Shown here: positions 1 to 14,400 of the stretch, piece after piece
Layout of the letters: the number at the start of each line of letters is the position of its first letter
How positions within the stretch are numbered: the stretch's first letter is position 1
Source: Harriotta raleighana
Taxonomy: Eukaryota
DNA: 64,000 nt
Direction of reading: 5' to 3'
NCBI GenBank assembly: GCA_050575255.1
Contig: JBNZDD010013586.1
Span: 587,083-651,082 of the forward strand
Translations under genes and position numbers: made by a program
Notes under the pieces: model-generated
What the model saw: the letters and a program-made list of their open reading frames with translations, nothing else
Told to the model about the DNA's origin: nothing
The model's database searches: none

Positions 1-310
1 TGGATAGAATTCATAATAAGATACACTTCATACAGCCTGTGACTGAAGTTGGCTTGATGAAATAACGGCTATTTCTTATAAGATGCTTTCTTACATTGTG
101 AACAATTTAAGGATGGTGTTTTGTTTGATCTTTGTCTACTTTACCCTCTGCTTGCAATCACTGACCCTGGGTGAAATAGTTACTGCAAAAGCCCATCAGT
201 GGCATTTGAATGTTTAAACTTGATCAGAATTGTTAAGAGAGACAAACATTTAACCAAAATCAATTGCGGTATAAGTGGACGGAAAAACTGTTCTCATTTA
301 ACGTTAACAA

Positions 311-610
311 GTCCTGTAGCTCAGTGATTAGAGCACTCGCCTTACCCAGAGATCTGGGCTCAATTCCAGGCAGGGTGAAACCTTGGGGAAGCTTCCTTAC
401 TCCACACATATGGTAATAATCCCTTGAAAAAAAATGAGTCATTTGAACGCACGACTGTTTGTGGGACACTGCTGTACGCAATTGGCTGTCGTGTTTTGCC
501 CACAAATATACAGTCAATTCATTTTACTGTATGTTCTTTGAAGAGCTTTGAGACACCTGGAAGACATACAAAGCGCTATATCAAATGCAAGGAATATTAT
601 TCTTATTATT
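311..610 (+). mobile_element. Near full-length tRNA-derived SINE (Deu-like core, L2-type tail)
   Basis: gtcctgtagctcagtg..ttagagcac A-box head, gctgt.cgcaattggctg core, aaagcgctatatcaaatgcaagg + (tta)n tail. Confidence 0.88.
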
Positions 611-2569
611 GACTTTTCAGAGCGACTACCAAAGCATATATTTTTTCTTATATTACTCTTTTTGGAACCAATCTCTGAGAGAAGAATGCAATTTGGGAAC
701 TGCTGAAAATAAAACAATAGCTTATCTTATTTTTATGTCAGAGGTTTCCCAGCACAATCCATCCATCAACGGGTAGATGTATCTGCATGGAACTAGCAGA
801 ACATCTTGTTGCAATAAAGTAATAATATACTGATATTCCTGGTGATTTGCTGCAGGCTTAACCCAAATGAAAAACAATCAAAGGCTGTGAGAATGTGAAT
901 GCCTCTTATGCAAATAATTGGGATGTTAAAAGCTTGTACATAACCATGCTTGCACATCAATGCATAAGAGGATATCGTTAACCGCAATTTATGACACCAA
1001 CCAAGCAGAGCTTTCACACATCGTACCCAAGTTCATAAAACGTTGGGTTTAAATTAATAATGCTGGGTTACAAGTGAATGAATCAGCATTCTGCTTAAAG
1101 CTTAAGATTCATCCCATTTTCTATTTATCGCATGTACCAGCATCTGAGGTGCAACGTTTCTGATAAAGCGTTAGTAAGAAGTGGAATCAGTGGATGAGTA
1201 CATCTCTTGTTACTCCTTTTATGATAGTAACATGCTCAGAGAATCTAGTGCAACTTACTTCCAATGAGACGTTCAGATACACTCACATCATAGACTCAAT
1301 TGAATTGCATTTTTTTAAAAGAGTATACAAGAAACCAGCGAACAGTTTGGCAGAACAGCAAATATATGAAAAGAACATAACATTTGGTCTACAATTTCAA
1401 TCAGAAATTTACAGTTTGGATAAGGTGAAATACTGTAGCATTCATTATTTAACAAGTCTTATTTCTAGGCCTGTTATCCTTTGTGCATTATGATCCTGCA
1501 GAGTAGGTCAGTNCAATTTCAATCAGAAATTTACAGTTTGGATAAGGTGAAATACTGTAGCATCCATTATTTAACAAGTCTTAATTCTAGGCCTGTTATC
1601 CTTTGTGCATTATGATCCTGCAGAGTAGGTCAGCTGAATCTAGTTGCACACAAACTGACCAAGAAGTCACTGATACAAGTTTAATCTTTTAAGATCTGTG
1701 ATCATTTGTTGGATTCACCTTACTGATGTGGGAAGGTAAATAATCTAAGCCTGCACGTTTGTGCTATATATTATGTGTGCTTTCAATGTAATTTTGCAAA
1801 ATACTGTGCCAGGGAGTTTAATTGCAAGATCCCATCACATCAAAAACATTAAAACAGGAGAACAGGTAACAACTCACTCAAGAATTATCTTTTGGGTTTG
1901 TCTCAAGCACTAGAAATCCCAGTACTTACCAAAATACCAAATTTGTGAAAATATCTCTTTTTTTCTCATGATTGATGGTGTACATCTGTTTGTTGGTGGT
2001 TGACGACCACACAGGCAGAATAAAAATAATTTCATGTATGTTTTGCTAGCCTTCTGAATGGAAACTAAGGACCAAATTCGAACTGAACGGCGTGTGTGTT
2101 GTATATTTTGGTGTTGTGCTCTGCCACTGCCAAGTGCTCTGGGATGCTACCCTACATGAGGGGTGCTATGTAAATGCAAGTGATTGTTATTATATCAGCA
2201 AGTAAAACATCTGACTGCGTCTAGTGTACCAGTTACAATAATATGGAAGTTTGTTGCTCAAAATAATACCACATGATATTCTTTCTACTGCCCAACAATT
2301 TGCTGAAGCATTGAAATTTACACTTGTTGAACAGCATCGCTGCTTTTCTTGAAAAACGATTCCACATTAACCACTAATTTACGGGGAAAATCTAATTCTT
2401 AATAAGACTAATCGTGTCTGAAGCTTTGCAATCACAAACCTATTTTGATTCTGCCCCTTGTGGTCCAAGAGAAATAACTTATCGCATAGAACCTTGTAAA
2501 GATCCATATCCCTGTTGCCTTAGATCCTATTGATCTTTTCATTCTCCTCTATAGTTCCACTTCTGTGAC

Positions 2570-2720
2570 ACTGCGCTTTCATGATCTATTCCTACCTGTC
2601 TACCACCCATCACTGCACCAAATATAATGATTTCTCTTCCCATGCTTGTGCAGTCACCTCTGACATACCCTGGGGCTGTACGCTTGGTCCTCTCCTATTC
2701 CTCATCCTCATGTCCCCTTC
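2570..2720 (+). mobile_element. L2/CR1-clade LINE reverse transcriptase relic
   Basis: Translates VTSDIPWGCTLGPLLFLI, a decayed (S)GVPQGSxLGPLLF RT motif. Confidence 0.7.
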
Positions 2721-5700
2721 ATTGTGCTCCGACATAATCAAAAGAGAAAATCTATTTTATTTATATCACCAATGTTTCCAGGATATGCCTGCCAACCTCT
2801 GTCCATTGCAATCCATCAGAAAGAAACACACCACAGAGAGTTCAGTCGAGTTGGCTGAGATACTACATTTTCGGGCAGCGTTGATGTTCTTGTTTGTTTC
2901 TGCAAAGCTTCCCACAGGATGGGATGTGGAACAGGAAAAGCAAACAGAAATGTTAAACTGCAAAGCTGCATGTCATCATCCATAGATATCATGGTGTAGC
3001 TCAAGCCAGTACATTTCGGGGGAGGTTTGCAAACTTGTTTTCGTTCTCAGAAAAGAATACATTTTCAGTGAGTGTAAGAAGCACGGTAAAAATGCCATGA
3101 CATGCACAAAAGGAAATTGTGGAAATTGACTTCAAGTTTGGCAGTAGATTATATTCCCTGCAGGTTGGAATAATGCAGTTTTCAAGGGCTTTAAATTGTG
3201 CTCAAGTGAGCTTGAGAACCAAAACAAATCCACTACTGATCAGCAACCATTAAACAAAAGTCCTTTTGTGAAGCAGATGCAACATTGTTTTATACAGTAC
3301 ATCCTTGCTCTGTATTTCTAGTTTGAGAAACATAGAGAAAATATATTAAAGCCAGGAAAGGGATCCAGAAGGGATTTTGTATGAATTCCTGATTAAAGAA
3401 GAAATGCTCTATCTCAAAGGGCGGTTTATTCCAGCAGTTGGAGCGAAAACCTACTAGCAATTCATAAGGTTCTCAAATTGAGGCAGCAAAGCAGGTGTCA
3501 AGCACGTCAGCCAGTTTATGGCATCAAAGCATCTGATATCCTTTGAACCAGCATTTCATGGCATAAGGCTGGAAAAGGTTCTTCTGTTCACTTTATACTA
3601 CTGAGGGTGTGATGAACAAGGATCAAGTCAAATAAATTAAGCAATCTCTGCAGCACATAATTCAGAACTACTAACTTCAATTGGCCAAACTTGTCCAGCA
3701 CTTAGAAACTGTTAATATTATGCAAATATTATTTCTCCTGAACTGCTCTCTTATTTCATGCCAGGTTGGCCCACCACCATTTACCCATCGAGAACACCTG
3801 TGTTCGGTTGTGTTTCAGCCAAGTTTTATCACTTTTATATCCCAACTAATGGCTCAACATTGTCTGTGTTGTTTGACCCATAGCTTTGCACATACCTGCT
3901 ATCAGGCTAACAGGTAGCAAAGGGGTTACAAGGCTGTTCAGCACTGTCCCCACATTTGCATGACTTGTAACTGAACACAGCTTAATAACTAGCTGACGTA
4001 AAAAGGACAAATCGCTTCATTTATGTGCACACAAAAAAACGTTGCTAGGCAAGACACAGATATTCAGTTAAGTAAAGCAAGTTGTCGCAGACAGAGAAAT
4101 ACAAGTTTAGACTCACAAAATCAAATATATCAAAACTGCTGCGTGTTGGAAGTAGCCAGGGTGTAATTAATAACTGGAACAGATTGGCAGGATGGGTGGT
4201 TGAGGTCAGGACACTGGATTCAATGATAAAAACAAGCTTGATGCTGATGGGAAATCAGTAAGGGAGGTATTCTGTGAGGGAAAGATCAAATGAGCTAAAG
4301 GGTCTTTTTCATCCAAACCAATCTCGAGAATTTGTGACATGCTGCTCTGTTTCCTGCTGGGCCCATTTGATCAAGTAACGGCTAGGTGTTTAGCGTATGT
4401 TGTCGAATTAAAATCTTCCCACTTTGCATCGTTTTATTATTGTGTTAACAATTTAAAGAAAAATATGAGAATCCTTTCTGACATGCTCCCCAGAAGGTCA
4501 GATTTGAAGAAAATGTATTCTGACATATTAAACTGAAGAGTATTTATTTAAATAATAGAGATATAGCCCTAGTTGTATAAGAAAGAACTTCTATTTGGAT
4601 TAATTCTGCGGATTTCCAGGGTTCGAAAGGTTAAATATTTTCCGGAAAACTGAGGTTGACCCAAGCACAGATTAGGATAAGGAAGATCAGGTTCCATTTT
4701 GTTACAGCATAAACTTTTTATGTTGTACTTGTCACTTTAATTTATTACATATAAATTATAAATGTTATCACCATAGTTTTTTTTTTCTTCTTTCAACGTT
4801 TAGTTAGTTCATTTGCCTTTTGCTCCAAATGTTAACTCCCTAGGCCTTGAATACAATGTCATCTTTGAACTTAAATATGCGATCTCCTATCTTAAGAGCA
4901 GATGGTGAATTCAGTAGAAACGGACCCATTACTTTTTGGCATTGGCTGGCAGCACAGAATGAAGGTTACGTGACTATTTTCGAGCCATACATTATGAAGC
5001 CTACAAATCCCAGGAAATCGTTTCAGAGTAGATCTCCAAAATTATACATTTGTAGAGTTTAATTTGGTGATTACATATGTCCCACCGTTCTAGAGCAAAA
5101 ACTGCATACTGTATTTTAATGTTGCCTTTGAGTCATGTTGCTCATTCAGTGCCAGGTTATCGAGTATCACCTAACAAGTTAAATCAGTTGGATTCAGTTA
5201 TCTTGGTCTCTCTACAACCTCAATATTTCTGTACTGAAGGCAATTTTCAAAGAAGATTCTGGTTCCTTTCGAATCATTGAAAAGTAACTACCTACGCAGA
5301 ACAGAGTAAAGTAATTAGAATAGCCAAGGTAACAACCTCCAAAATTAAGCTTTGTTTTAACCAGTGTTAAGAATAAATTAATTACTCCAATTACAATAAC
5401 TTCTCTTACTATTCAAGAAAATGTATATACAAAACAGCCTCTCATGTAAAGTCTCACAGTATCTCGTGTACTGACTCAGAGTACTTCTTTAAGACCACAT
5501 TGATCGAAGCAAATCATTTGCCAACACACTTGTTGCTTTGTGTGTCGAATGATTGAATAACCCTCTCTGTAGATACGGATTGTCAAGTGAACTCCTGCCA
5601 TATTGTTAGCCTAATAACCAATCTTGCCATACAATACTCTTGAAGACACAGAGGTTAGGTGCTTATGTCATCAGTCACTGCAATAAAAGCAGCAGGAAGA

Positions 5701-6830
5701 ATGGATGTACCAGAAAAGGACAACATGTGTGTGTCAAAGGTAGCAATCAGAGTTGTGTAAATCCTGAGCATAGATCAGGTAGGTACTAATAAATTCCTTT
5801 GACTGAACCTTTGCCAGATCTTTAATACAGATCTAAATGCGCACTTTATCTTAGAACTTCCCATAAGGAAATTCTGCTTTTACTAATTCTCTTATGGGTC
5901 TCGACTTTCAATAAAACTGAAGTGAGACAAAACATTCCAAAAACCCCTCTTCGAGTCAGAAAAACCCAATCTAAGGAACACATCAACAAGAATTTGCCTG
6001 GTCGAATCACGAACTGTGGTTAAAAGGCTCACTCACTCAAGGCGAGAGTTCAATATAAATGACTGAAGAGGGACAAAAGTGAAATTGCATTTAGAACTTT
6101 GTCAAGAAATGCTGAAAATCAACAGTGTTTGCATCGTCTTCGGAGTCCCTTTTAATTCTAGAATGATATCTGTTGATTAGAATTAAAAGGACTGAAGCAA
6201 TGAACCCATAAAGTAAAATACGTATTATGGCAGCAGTAAATCACATCAGTTAAATTGCACATTTCCATCTGGCATCTCCTCTGACAGGTAGCACCTAGCA
6301 AAATTCCCAGGCTGTATAATTTTTATCACGTTGCAAATCACTGAACAAATAACATAAAAGCTTATTGCTCATGCGTTTATCTGTATACTGTACTTCCAGT
6401 ATTTTAAACGCAGTTTAAAGGTTAAACTTTTTCCCTATTTTGCAGAATAGCAATTATAACTTCTGCATTTATAATTATTTACAGATGGCTTTTAAAGTAG
6501 GAACAGGAAGACAAATGGGAAAGGGGCAAAGCGACTGAAAGCATGGTAGAGCCACTGGAGAATGCAAAGGTAAGGTCAGGAAGATATATTTTAATGTACG
6601 AAGGAGATCTTCGAGATTATTCTTTGGTGAATATGGAGCTAGGTGAGGAAATTCCCTTATCTTTTCAAATAATATCATGGGAAATTTAACATATACTTGA
6701 ATAGGCAGATGGGACCTAGATTTAGTGTCCATCCATAGGAAAGCACCTACATTAATAAAGCACACACCCATCACTGCAATGGAACGTCAGCATTCACTGT
6801 ACAAGTCCAAAGACTTGAATGGACAGCTCA

Positions 6831-7092
6831 GGTAGCTCAGTGGATTCAATTCCAGGCAGGGCAAAACCATGGGCAAGTTTCCTTACTTAACACACATAAT
6901 AATAAAGCCTCAAAAAACAATAACAATAAATTGTTCACTCAATCCACACCTGTTTGTGGGACACTGTTGTGCACAATAGGCTGCCGTGTTTTGCCCACAA
7001 ATATACAGTCAATTCACTTTCCAGAATATTTTGTGAAGCCCTTTGAGACGTCTAGAAGACGTGAAAAGCGCTGTATCAAATGCGAGGATTAC
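6831..7092 (+). mobile_element. tRNA-derived SINE, head partly deleted
   Basis: Same core and tail as 311-610. Confidence 0.85.
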
Positions 7093-7676
7093 TAGGCATG
7101 TTAAAGTCTTGACATGGATCTTAAACCCAAACCCTTCCAGCTCAGTGTTGGGAAAGCCACCCACTGAGCCAGGTTAACCATTCACTGATATAACCTTTGA
7201 TATGTTACACTGATATGTAACAAAGACATGCCTTTAACAATTAAGGTCTAAAAAAAAAGGCTTTGGGGTTGAGAATGAATTTATTTTATCCCACCAAAAA
7301 TGTTGCAGAATCTTTCAATTTTAAGAAGATGGCTTTGAGGCTGAATTTTGAGCCTCTGGGATCCAATCCTGAAATGATTATATGATTTCACACGGTTTAA
7401 ATGAATTAGTAAATTCAAAGCTAAACTCTTCCATTCAGTATTGTTTTAGATTCTAGTCCACAGAAGATATTAAGACCGTCAACTAACCTTACTTCTGAAG
7501 CAGTCAGTTCATTGGTTTAAATCAATAGTTTTTTTTTAAAATTCAGAAAGTAATTTAGCCAGATTGCAAGGCTGCTTTTTTAAAAAATAGATTGTTTCAG
7601 CGTATGTCAAGTCTTTTGGAAATTAAAGATTTCTTAATCAATCCTTCCATATAGCTCTTCCAATCAACTTTCTTGT

Positions 7677-8012
7677 AATAATAATAATATAATAATAATC
7701 CTTGCATTTGATATAGCGCTTTTCACATCTTATCAATGTCCCAAAGCACTTCACAGAGTATACTGTAAAGTGAATTGACTGTATATTTGTGGGCGAAACG
7801 CGGCAGCCAATTGCGCACAGCAGCGTCCCCCACAAACAGTCATGGATTGAAATGACCAATTTTATTATTGTGGTTTTTTTGGAGGGATTATTATTAGGCG
7901 TGTGGAGTAACGAAAGTTGCCCAAGGTTTCGCCCCGATCTGCCTGGATTCGAACACAGGCCTCATGCTTGTAAGGCATGAAAGGCAAGTGCTCTAACCAC
8001 TGAGCCACAGGA
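7677..8012 (-). mobile_element. Full-length tRNA-derived SINE
   Basis: Reverse complement shows A-box, GTTCGAATCC B-box, core and (tta)n tail. Confidence 0.9.
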
Positions 8013-11000
8013 GCTCCACAAAGGATTGTAAAGGATTCTGTAAGTATTCAGTGACCAGAATTGTCATGCTCTTCATAATTACCATCAGAGGCAAATCTGG
8101 GTTGGAAATATAGACACAACTGTGTTTCTGGATAAGCTGGTACCAATTTATGGTATTGAGCACACAATTTATTGTTGTACTTGGCAAGCTTCATTGAGTA
8201 ATTGATCTTGCACTCAATCCTACTCGTTAAGAACAGACCAGATCTTCCCAGACTCTAAATGTAACACAATCTTGTCTTGCCTTGACATAAGTGGCAGGCG
8301 CTGTGTATACTTAGACTTGAGCCAGATCACTTACTGTTGTCTTACTTTTAAATGTCAATGGTTATTTGACAATGCAATTGGTATGACAGTTTATTCCTAC
8401 GCAGTGTTCCATAATGCATGCTGTGGTTTGGAAATATTTATGAGTTGAGTATTATTTTACTCCACATTTGATGTGTTTGGCTTATGTAAGTAAATCTATG
8501 ATTTCAGTTTCAATGTCAAACATATAGTATTTAAGATATCAGTTCAAGACTTTTTTGTTAAAAAATATACACATTGCGTCCTTGTCTGTTTCTGGAGCTG
8601 ATATATTTGAGATTTATTCTGTTAGGGTTTGGAAAAAAGAATGATTTTTTAAAAAAAAAACGCATGAGCATGATTGAAACGCAAGTCACACAGACTTGAC
8701 TTTAGAGTGAAACCACATGAATATTTTATATCAGTTTAACACTTAGGATTACATTTATTTTGTCCACCATTTGCAAATATTATTTGCTCAACTTCATTAA
8801 ATTACAAATTAGCCAAGTACTTGTTGCCAATTATCTGCACATAAGAAAACACTGACCAGATATAGTCATATCGACTCCTTCTATAATTCTCACTCCTTTG
8901 ATATGCAACCTGAAGTCTACCTTATTGTAGACTTCATCTACCCATTTTATCTTGTTAAACAGTATAATATTTTAAGGAGGGTAGATTTATGGTATGGGCT
9001 TAATTATTTTCATAGAATTTTTAATGCATTTTTAATCTTGTAAAAATATTTGACAGATAATCACTGATGAGTGTTAATGACTGAGTTACATTCCATGATT
9101 ACATTGCTCTCTTGTTCACGGTATCATCCACCATTCTTTCTAATGTGTTTGACGGATCAACCACCATTCCCTGCTCAATCAGGCATCAGGCAAATTGGCC
9201 CTTTAACGACATCTCATTCAGCAAATGTTACTTATTGAAAGTTAATCAATGGGTCTTCCCACAGAAAAAGAGTCACTTATTCACAGCTTGCTGTCCCGTA
9301 AGGATGTTCTTGAACATGCAAATTGGGACTGACTTGGCACATTTAGGTTCAAGGTGATCTTTCTTCCTTTGTCAATCAATAATGACATTTATATAGCTCC
9401 TTTCACGTTAGGAGGACGTCCCGATAAGATGAAATTTCGTTATCGAGACAATAGGATGAAATTTTCCACCTCGACTGACGTATATATACTCTGTTTTCAT
9501 TACTTTTCTCCAACTCTCCTAATCCTAAATACAAATTATAATAAACCAACTCTGTGCCAATCAGAAGAGCGCATCAACAAGCAGAATACTGGCTGGGATT
9601 GTGTCCTCTGAGCAGTTGGTTTCCATGGTGCTTTTCCTTACCAGTCTGTCGGCTGATTTATAAAATAACATGTTAACCGCACTCAGAAACACTTACCAGC
9701 GCATCAAATGTTTTCTTTCAGCTCCTCTACTAACACATATGGTGTTGAAACATGAGCGAATCCCACCAAAAGTAACATCAACAAAGCATGTCCATCTCAT
9801 CGCTGTCGTGAAATATTACTGAAAAGAATCACTGCAGTACAATAAGAAACATGGTCGAACCCTGTAAATTTATAAAAGATTTAGAAATATCTCTCTCCTG
9901 TCACTTTTTTTTCCCCCCCGAGAGATACATTTGGTTGCTGCAGTAATTAAAAACACTTCATTGACCACAGTGCAATTCTTAAATCAGTTCTGACTGACAA
10001 AAATTGAGAAGTGTAACAAATGTTTGCAAACAAGTCAAAATCCATTTCTTTTAACACTTGCACATTGCCTTGGTCTAGACATGTCCCTTGTTTGCTGAAT
10101 AACAGTCTGTGGGCAGACTTGTTCAACAGCTGTACGCTCACATTAAAGTTTAATCAGGAAGCCTGCATACTTGCAAGGGAGCTTGTACCCTGACATTCAG
10201 TGTAAGGTTACCATCTGTTCAAAGGTCCAAAGCATTGTCACAAACATTCTTTACTCCTTAGAATTAACAGCCAAGGCCTCCAAAAAAGTCAACAAAGGGG
10301 AGGTACCCTGAGGGGGATATTTCAATTCCTCATTCAAAGCAGTCACTAGTTTTTAAAACTCAAGAAGCTTGTCCGCACTTATATATAAAAATCCCAAATG
10401 ATGTTTGTGTTGGTATATTTGGTAGGAATCTCTTTTCTGTCATCGCCGTTTTCTAAGCTCTTCTTGGCATGTGAACCACAAGCACTATTTTGCTTTGGAG
10501 GCAATTATTTATAAGAATACTTCACAGATGATCTTATGTCTGACTTTGCTGGCTTTCTTTTCAAGTGGATGCTTCAGCAGTTTTGAAAATTAAGTCACAA
10601 GTCGGGAAGTCAGGATGTCAAAAATACCCCCCCAAAGTAGTTGAAGAACTCCAGGGGGTCTAGGGATCAGGGAATGCGAAACTGGAAGTTGGATATAAAT
10701 GAACGGCTGCGCTTTCATTGGAAAGCTGTGGAGTCAAAAACAAAAATTGCTTATTAATGTACCATTAACATAATAATCAAGTGGTGTTTTTTCAATTTGT
10801 ATAGTTGGTCTCACAATAGCTCCCATGTTTTCATTGCTTTTGCCATGGTTTCTCTGAATAATTAGACCATATTCCACAGATTTGCATCAGCGCCCTTTTG
10901 TAACCATAACCCTATGACCACAGGAACCATCATGCCTATTGTTGGCCTTTAATGCTTCTTTTGCTCTTGCCATCTGCTCAACAAAAGTTCACTGCACCTA

Positions 11001-11029
11001 CTGAATGCGCCTACTGCCTTACTGACCCT

Positions 11030-11452
11030 CGAAGCCCTCCATGGCCTCACTCCCCACTACCTCTGCAACCTCCTAACCCCCTCATTCTGTCCACTCGCTC
11101 TGCTCAGCGGGCTCCAGCCTGCTTCATGTTCCCCCACCTCGCCCATCCCGCCATTGGCAGGTGGCACTTCAGCCATTCTGCCCCCGCCCTCTGGAACTCC
11201 ATCCCACAGTCCCTCTGCCTCACCCCATCCCTTGCCTCCTTCAAGAACCCACCACAAGGCCCTCCTCCAAGACCCACTATAAGGCTCTCTTCCTTGACCA
11301 TACTTTCAACTAACCTCCTTCCAACCCGTGCACTCCACCTTCCCCAATCCCTACCCCCAGCTTGTGTCTGAATTGCTGTCTGTCCAGAGCCTTGTGACAT
11401 CCTCCCGGTGTGAAAGGTGCCATACAAATGTAATTTGGTGGTTGTTGTTGTG
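11030..11452 (+). mobile_element. L2 LINE 3' fragment
   Basis: C-rich ORF2 end (ttcagccattctgcccccgccctctggaactcc; APALWNSIP) and gtgaaaggtgccatacaaatgtaa..(gtt)n tail. Confidence 0.8.
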
Positions 11453-14400
11453 CAAATGATGTAATGACCCCACTTTCCCCCATCAAAAAAAAAGTGTCCA
11501 GCATCTTAATACCGCTACTGCCAGTTTCCTAATCAATTACCTTATAAGGAAAACCTGCAACAATTGAAAGAGAAGAGAATCTGGATAGATTGACATATCA
11601 TTAGTTTATGAATGTCAATGCTGGCAATAAAGTTAAAATGTTCTCAAATGCAACTTCAAATATTTGACTGACTTGTTACGAGAACAAGTTCACCGTTTGA
11701 ATCCCAGGCAGAATTTTAAAGTGCTCCATCAAGCATTGTTGCTTGTTTATTCACTCAGTGAACTACTACCACAGACCGAAGGAAGGCGTCAGTCTTCAAC
11801 CGAGGTCTAGCGTTTCAAAGTAATTTACTGGAAGGAAGGAACAGTTCTGCTAAATGACGTTGGACTTTAAATGAAAACAGTGTTTTTAAATGGATCCATC
11901 TGCCATCAAGAAGCGTGACGACAAAAATTCAACATCATTGATGCCTTTCCATTGCTGTTATTAACAATACATTGGCCCATTCCTGATGGTGTGGTTGTTG
12001 GGGTCAGGAGAGAAAAGCCAGAAGAAAAGGATCATGTTATCAAAAATTAATAGCAGATGCATTGGGTCATTATTTAAAAACGCCGTACAGTTTTTTTTAA
12101 TACGGAAACACAACTTTGACAAAATGTTGCGTTTAAGTCTCATTTCATTCATCTAATGGTCTGCTTTGTGTTCTGCAGAGAAAGTAAAGAACTACTGGTA
12201 ACAGTCTAAAGGATCCAGGACTGTTATCGGTAGAGAATTGTATCCAAGACTATCAGTACCATCATTGAATGTACTGTAGCACGAAACATGTCATTTCCAG
12301 CTGATCACTCGGCATACTCAGTTTTGGACCAATTTTTGTATGGTCATTAAGTCAGTACGATTGAGGCATAACAAGACTGAAAATCTTTCCTTAAATGTAT
12401 CATTGTATTTAATATGCTTTAATGTTTTCAAATCGGTTTTTAAAAATGTTGTCTGTGAGACGTAATGGAAAAANCATTAAGTCAGTACGATTGAGGCATA
12501 ACAAGACTGAAAATCTTTCCTTAAGTGTATCATTGTATTTAATATGCTTTAATGTTTTCAAATCGGTTTTTAAAAATGTTGTCTGTGAGACGTAATGGAA
12601 AAATCTTTATTTTCCAATCACCTCTCTGTGGTTTTCATTCTGACTCACTCTCTTTTTTTTTCACATCAACTGTTCTGTTTCTTTTCAAAACCCAAAAATA
12701 ACTCAATTGAAGAAAATGCCCTAAATCCTGGGGTCCATCAGAAACATAAGTAGATATTTGTGCTGTCAATGTTTCGCCGTCCTCTCACGCCTGTCCTGTT
12801 GAGACAATGAATTGAAAAACTTGTTCACCATCTATAGTAGTTTCTGTCTTGGTCCAATACAGACCATAGATTTCAATGATATCCTCAGTGATCTGAAGTT
12901 CAGTTTACAGTGCCTCGTGTCTTTCAGTCATGCTTTGTTGCTAAAAGAACATCATCTCCTCTTAGACATTCATGGATATAGTTGTGCCTCAGTGGATATA
13001 TTTATCTTGGTTGTAGCAGTGATACATTCCAGAATCAGCTCATAAAAAGACGTATGAATGGTAGAGACTTTCATACCGAGCAAACACTTTATTCCACGGA
13101 TTTTCTGATTTGTTGTTTGAATCATATGTTTACGGTACAATGCACTTAAGGCACATCATTAGTTCTTAAATTTCCCCCCATTCCATGTAAAACTTTACAA
13201 CAACTCATGATAAACCATATTATTTTCACATTCTCTGATTGACAAATCAGAGTTTCCATGACAACAAGCAGAAAACCTAAGGATTGCAATTTGCTGCCAT
13301 GGAAATTGTGCTATATAATAATAAAAAATGGACTCAAAGGGCACACAATTTTTTTTTATGTGGGACAACAGCAAGTTATCAGTATTAGAGTTGATGTCTT
13401 TTCATTTCATTCCACCATAAAAAGCTGTAATATTTTGATTTGATTAGGAATCAGATTTCAGGAACTGTACTACATTGTTTCTAGCAGGATTTGGGATTTA
13501 TGCACTTCCAATCTCATATACCAGGGATTTGCTTTCTGTTTGCATAGCCAAGTCCTGTACCTGGGAAAAGCTGTATTAACTGACGCTGAATGCTGCTTGA
13601 TTCTTAATACTATTAAAGAGGTGGGCGTGGGCTTCCCCTTGCGAGTCGAGCAAATAAAAGACTTGTCTGGTTCTTTGCTGGACGTTCTAAGACAAAAAGT
13701 TGTGTCGTTCACATTCCTGTCTGTGGTGAGCTAGCTGATCTCAGCCATGGCAACAGCTGAAATTATACGGTAGACAATACCTGCAAGTGGTAGTCAGGCA
13801 AGTGGTAGTATTCAGGTCAGTGTTCATAAACTGGTTCATTCGTGAGATTTGGAGAGACAGACAAGATTCTCAAGACCCCAGAGATATTGATCCAAGGCTG
13901 TTTCATGGACGCAATTGTCCTAAAATTAACTCAGAATGTATTCATTGTAAAAGCGCTAAACTAACAATTGGAAATAATCTCTCTAAGTGCACCAAGCCCC
14001 TGTTCAATGCTCATCTTGGACTACTAATGACCACATCTTCATTAAAGTGCTGTAATTTAAATCAATACTATTTCCTCTCAAAAAGACTTCAGAAGCTGAA
14101 TGGTCCAAATCCATTCTCAGCATACTGTAATGCCACAGGTTTAATCTGAATTGAAATTGATCCACATCGATTTCCAGTGAGTTGAAGTGAAGCTGGAGTA
14201 TTTCCAAATGAATCTGGACATGGGACAGAGGAGAGAAGGTGCCTCGATGGTCAGAAGCCTTGTCATTCCTTTTCAACACTGTAAAAGCCACAATGTTGAA
14301 GTTGCAAATGGCAAACATCCATTTAATATGTAACCTGAACTACATTTCACATTTTTCCTGGGTGCTATTCCTAGAGTATTTGCAACTAGATATTGCAGAC

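Noticed and set aside
311-375. tRNA-like sequences (also 7940-8012, 43817-43885, 54619-54685)
   Set aside because: They are SINE heads running straight into the SINE body, with no complete cloverleaf or acceptor stem
1391-1632. Apparent tandem duplications of ~60-200 bp (also around N at 12474, 21276, 24715, 25303, 36692, 38442, 40513, 43097, 43168, 44050, 47268, 49926, 53461)
   Set aside because: Each pair is separated by a single n and differs by only a few SNPs or indels; these are overlapping contig ends or haplotypes, i.e. assembly artefacts
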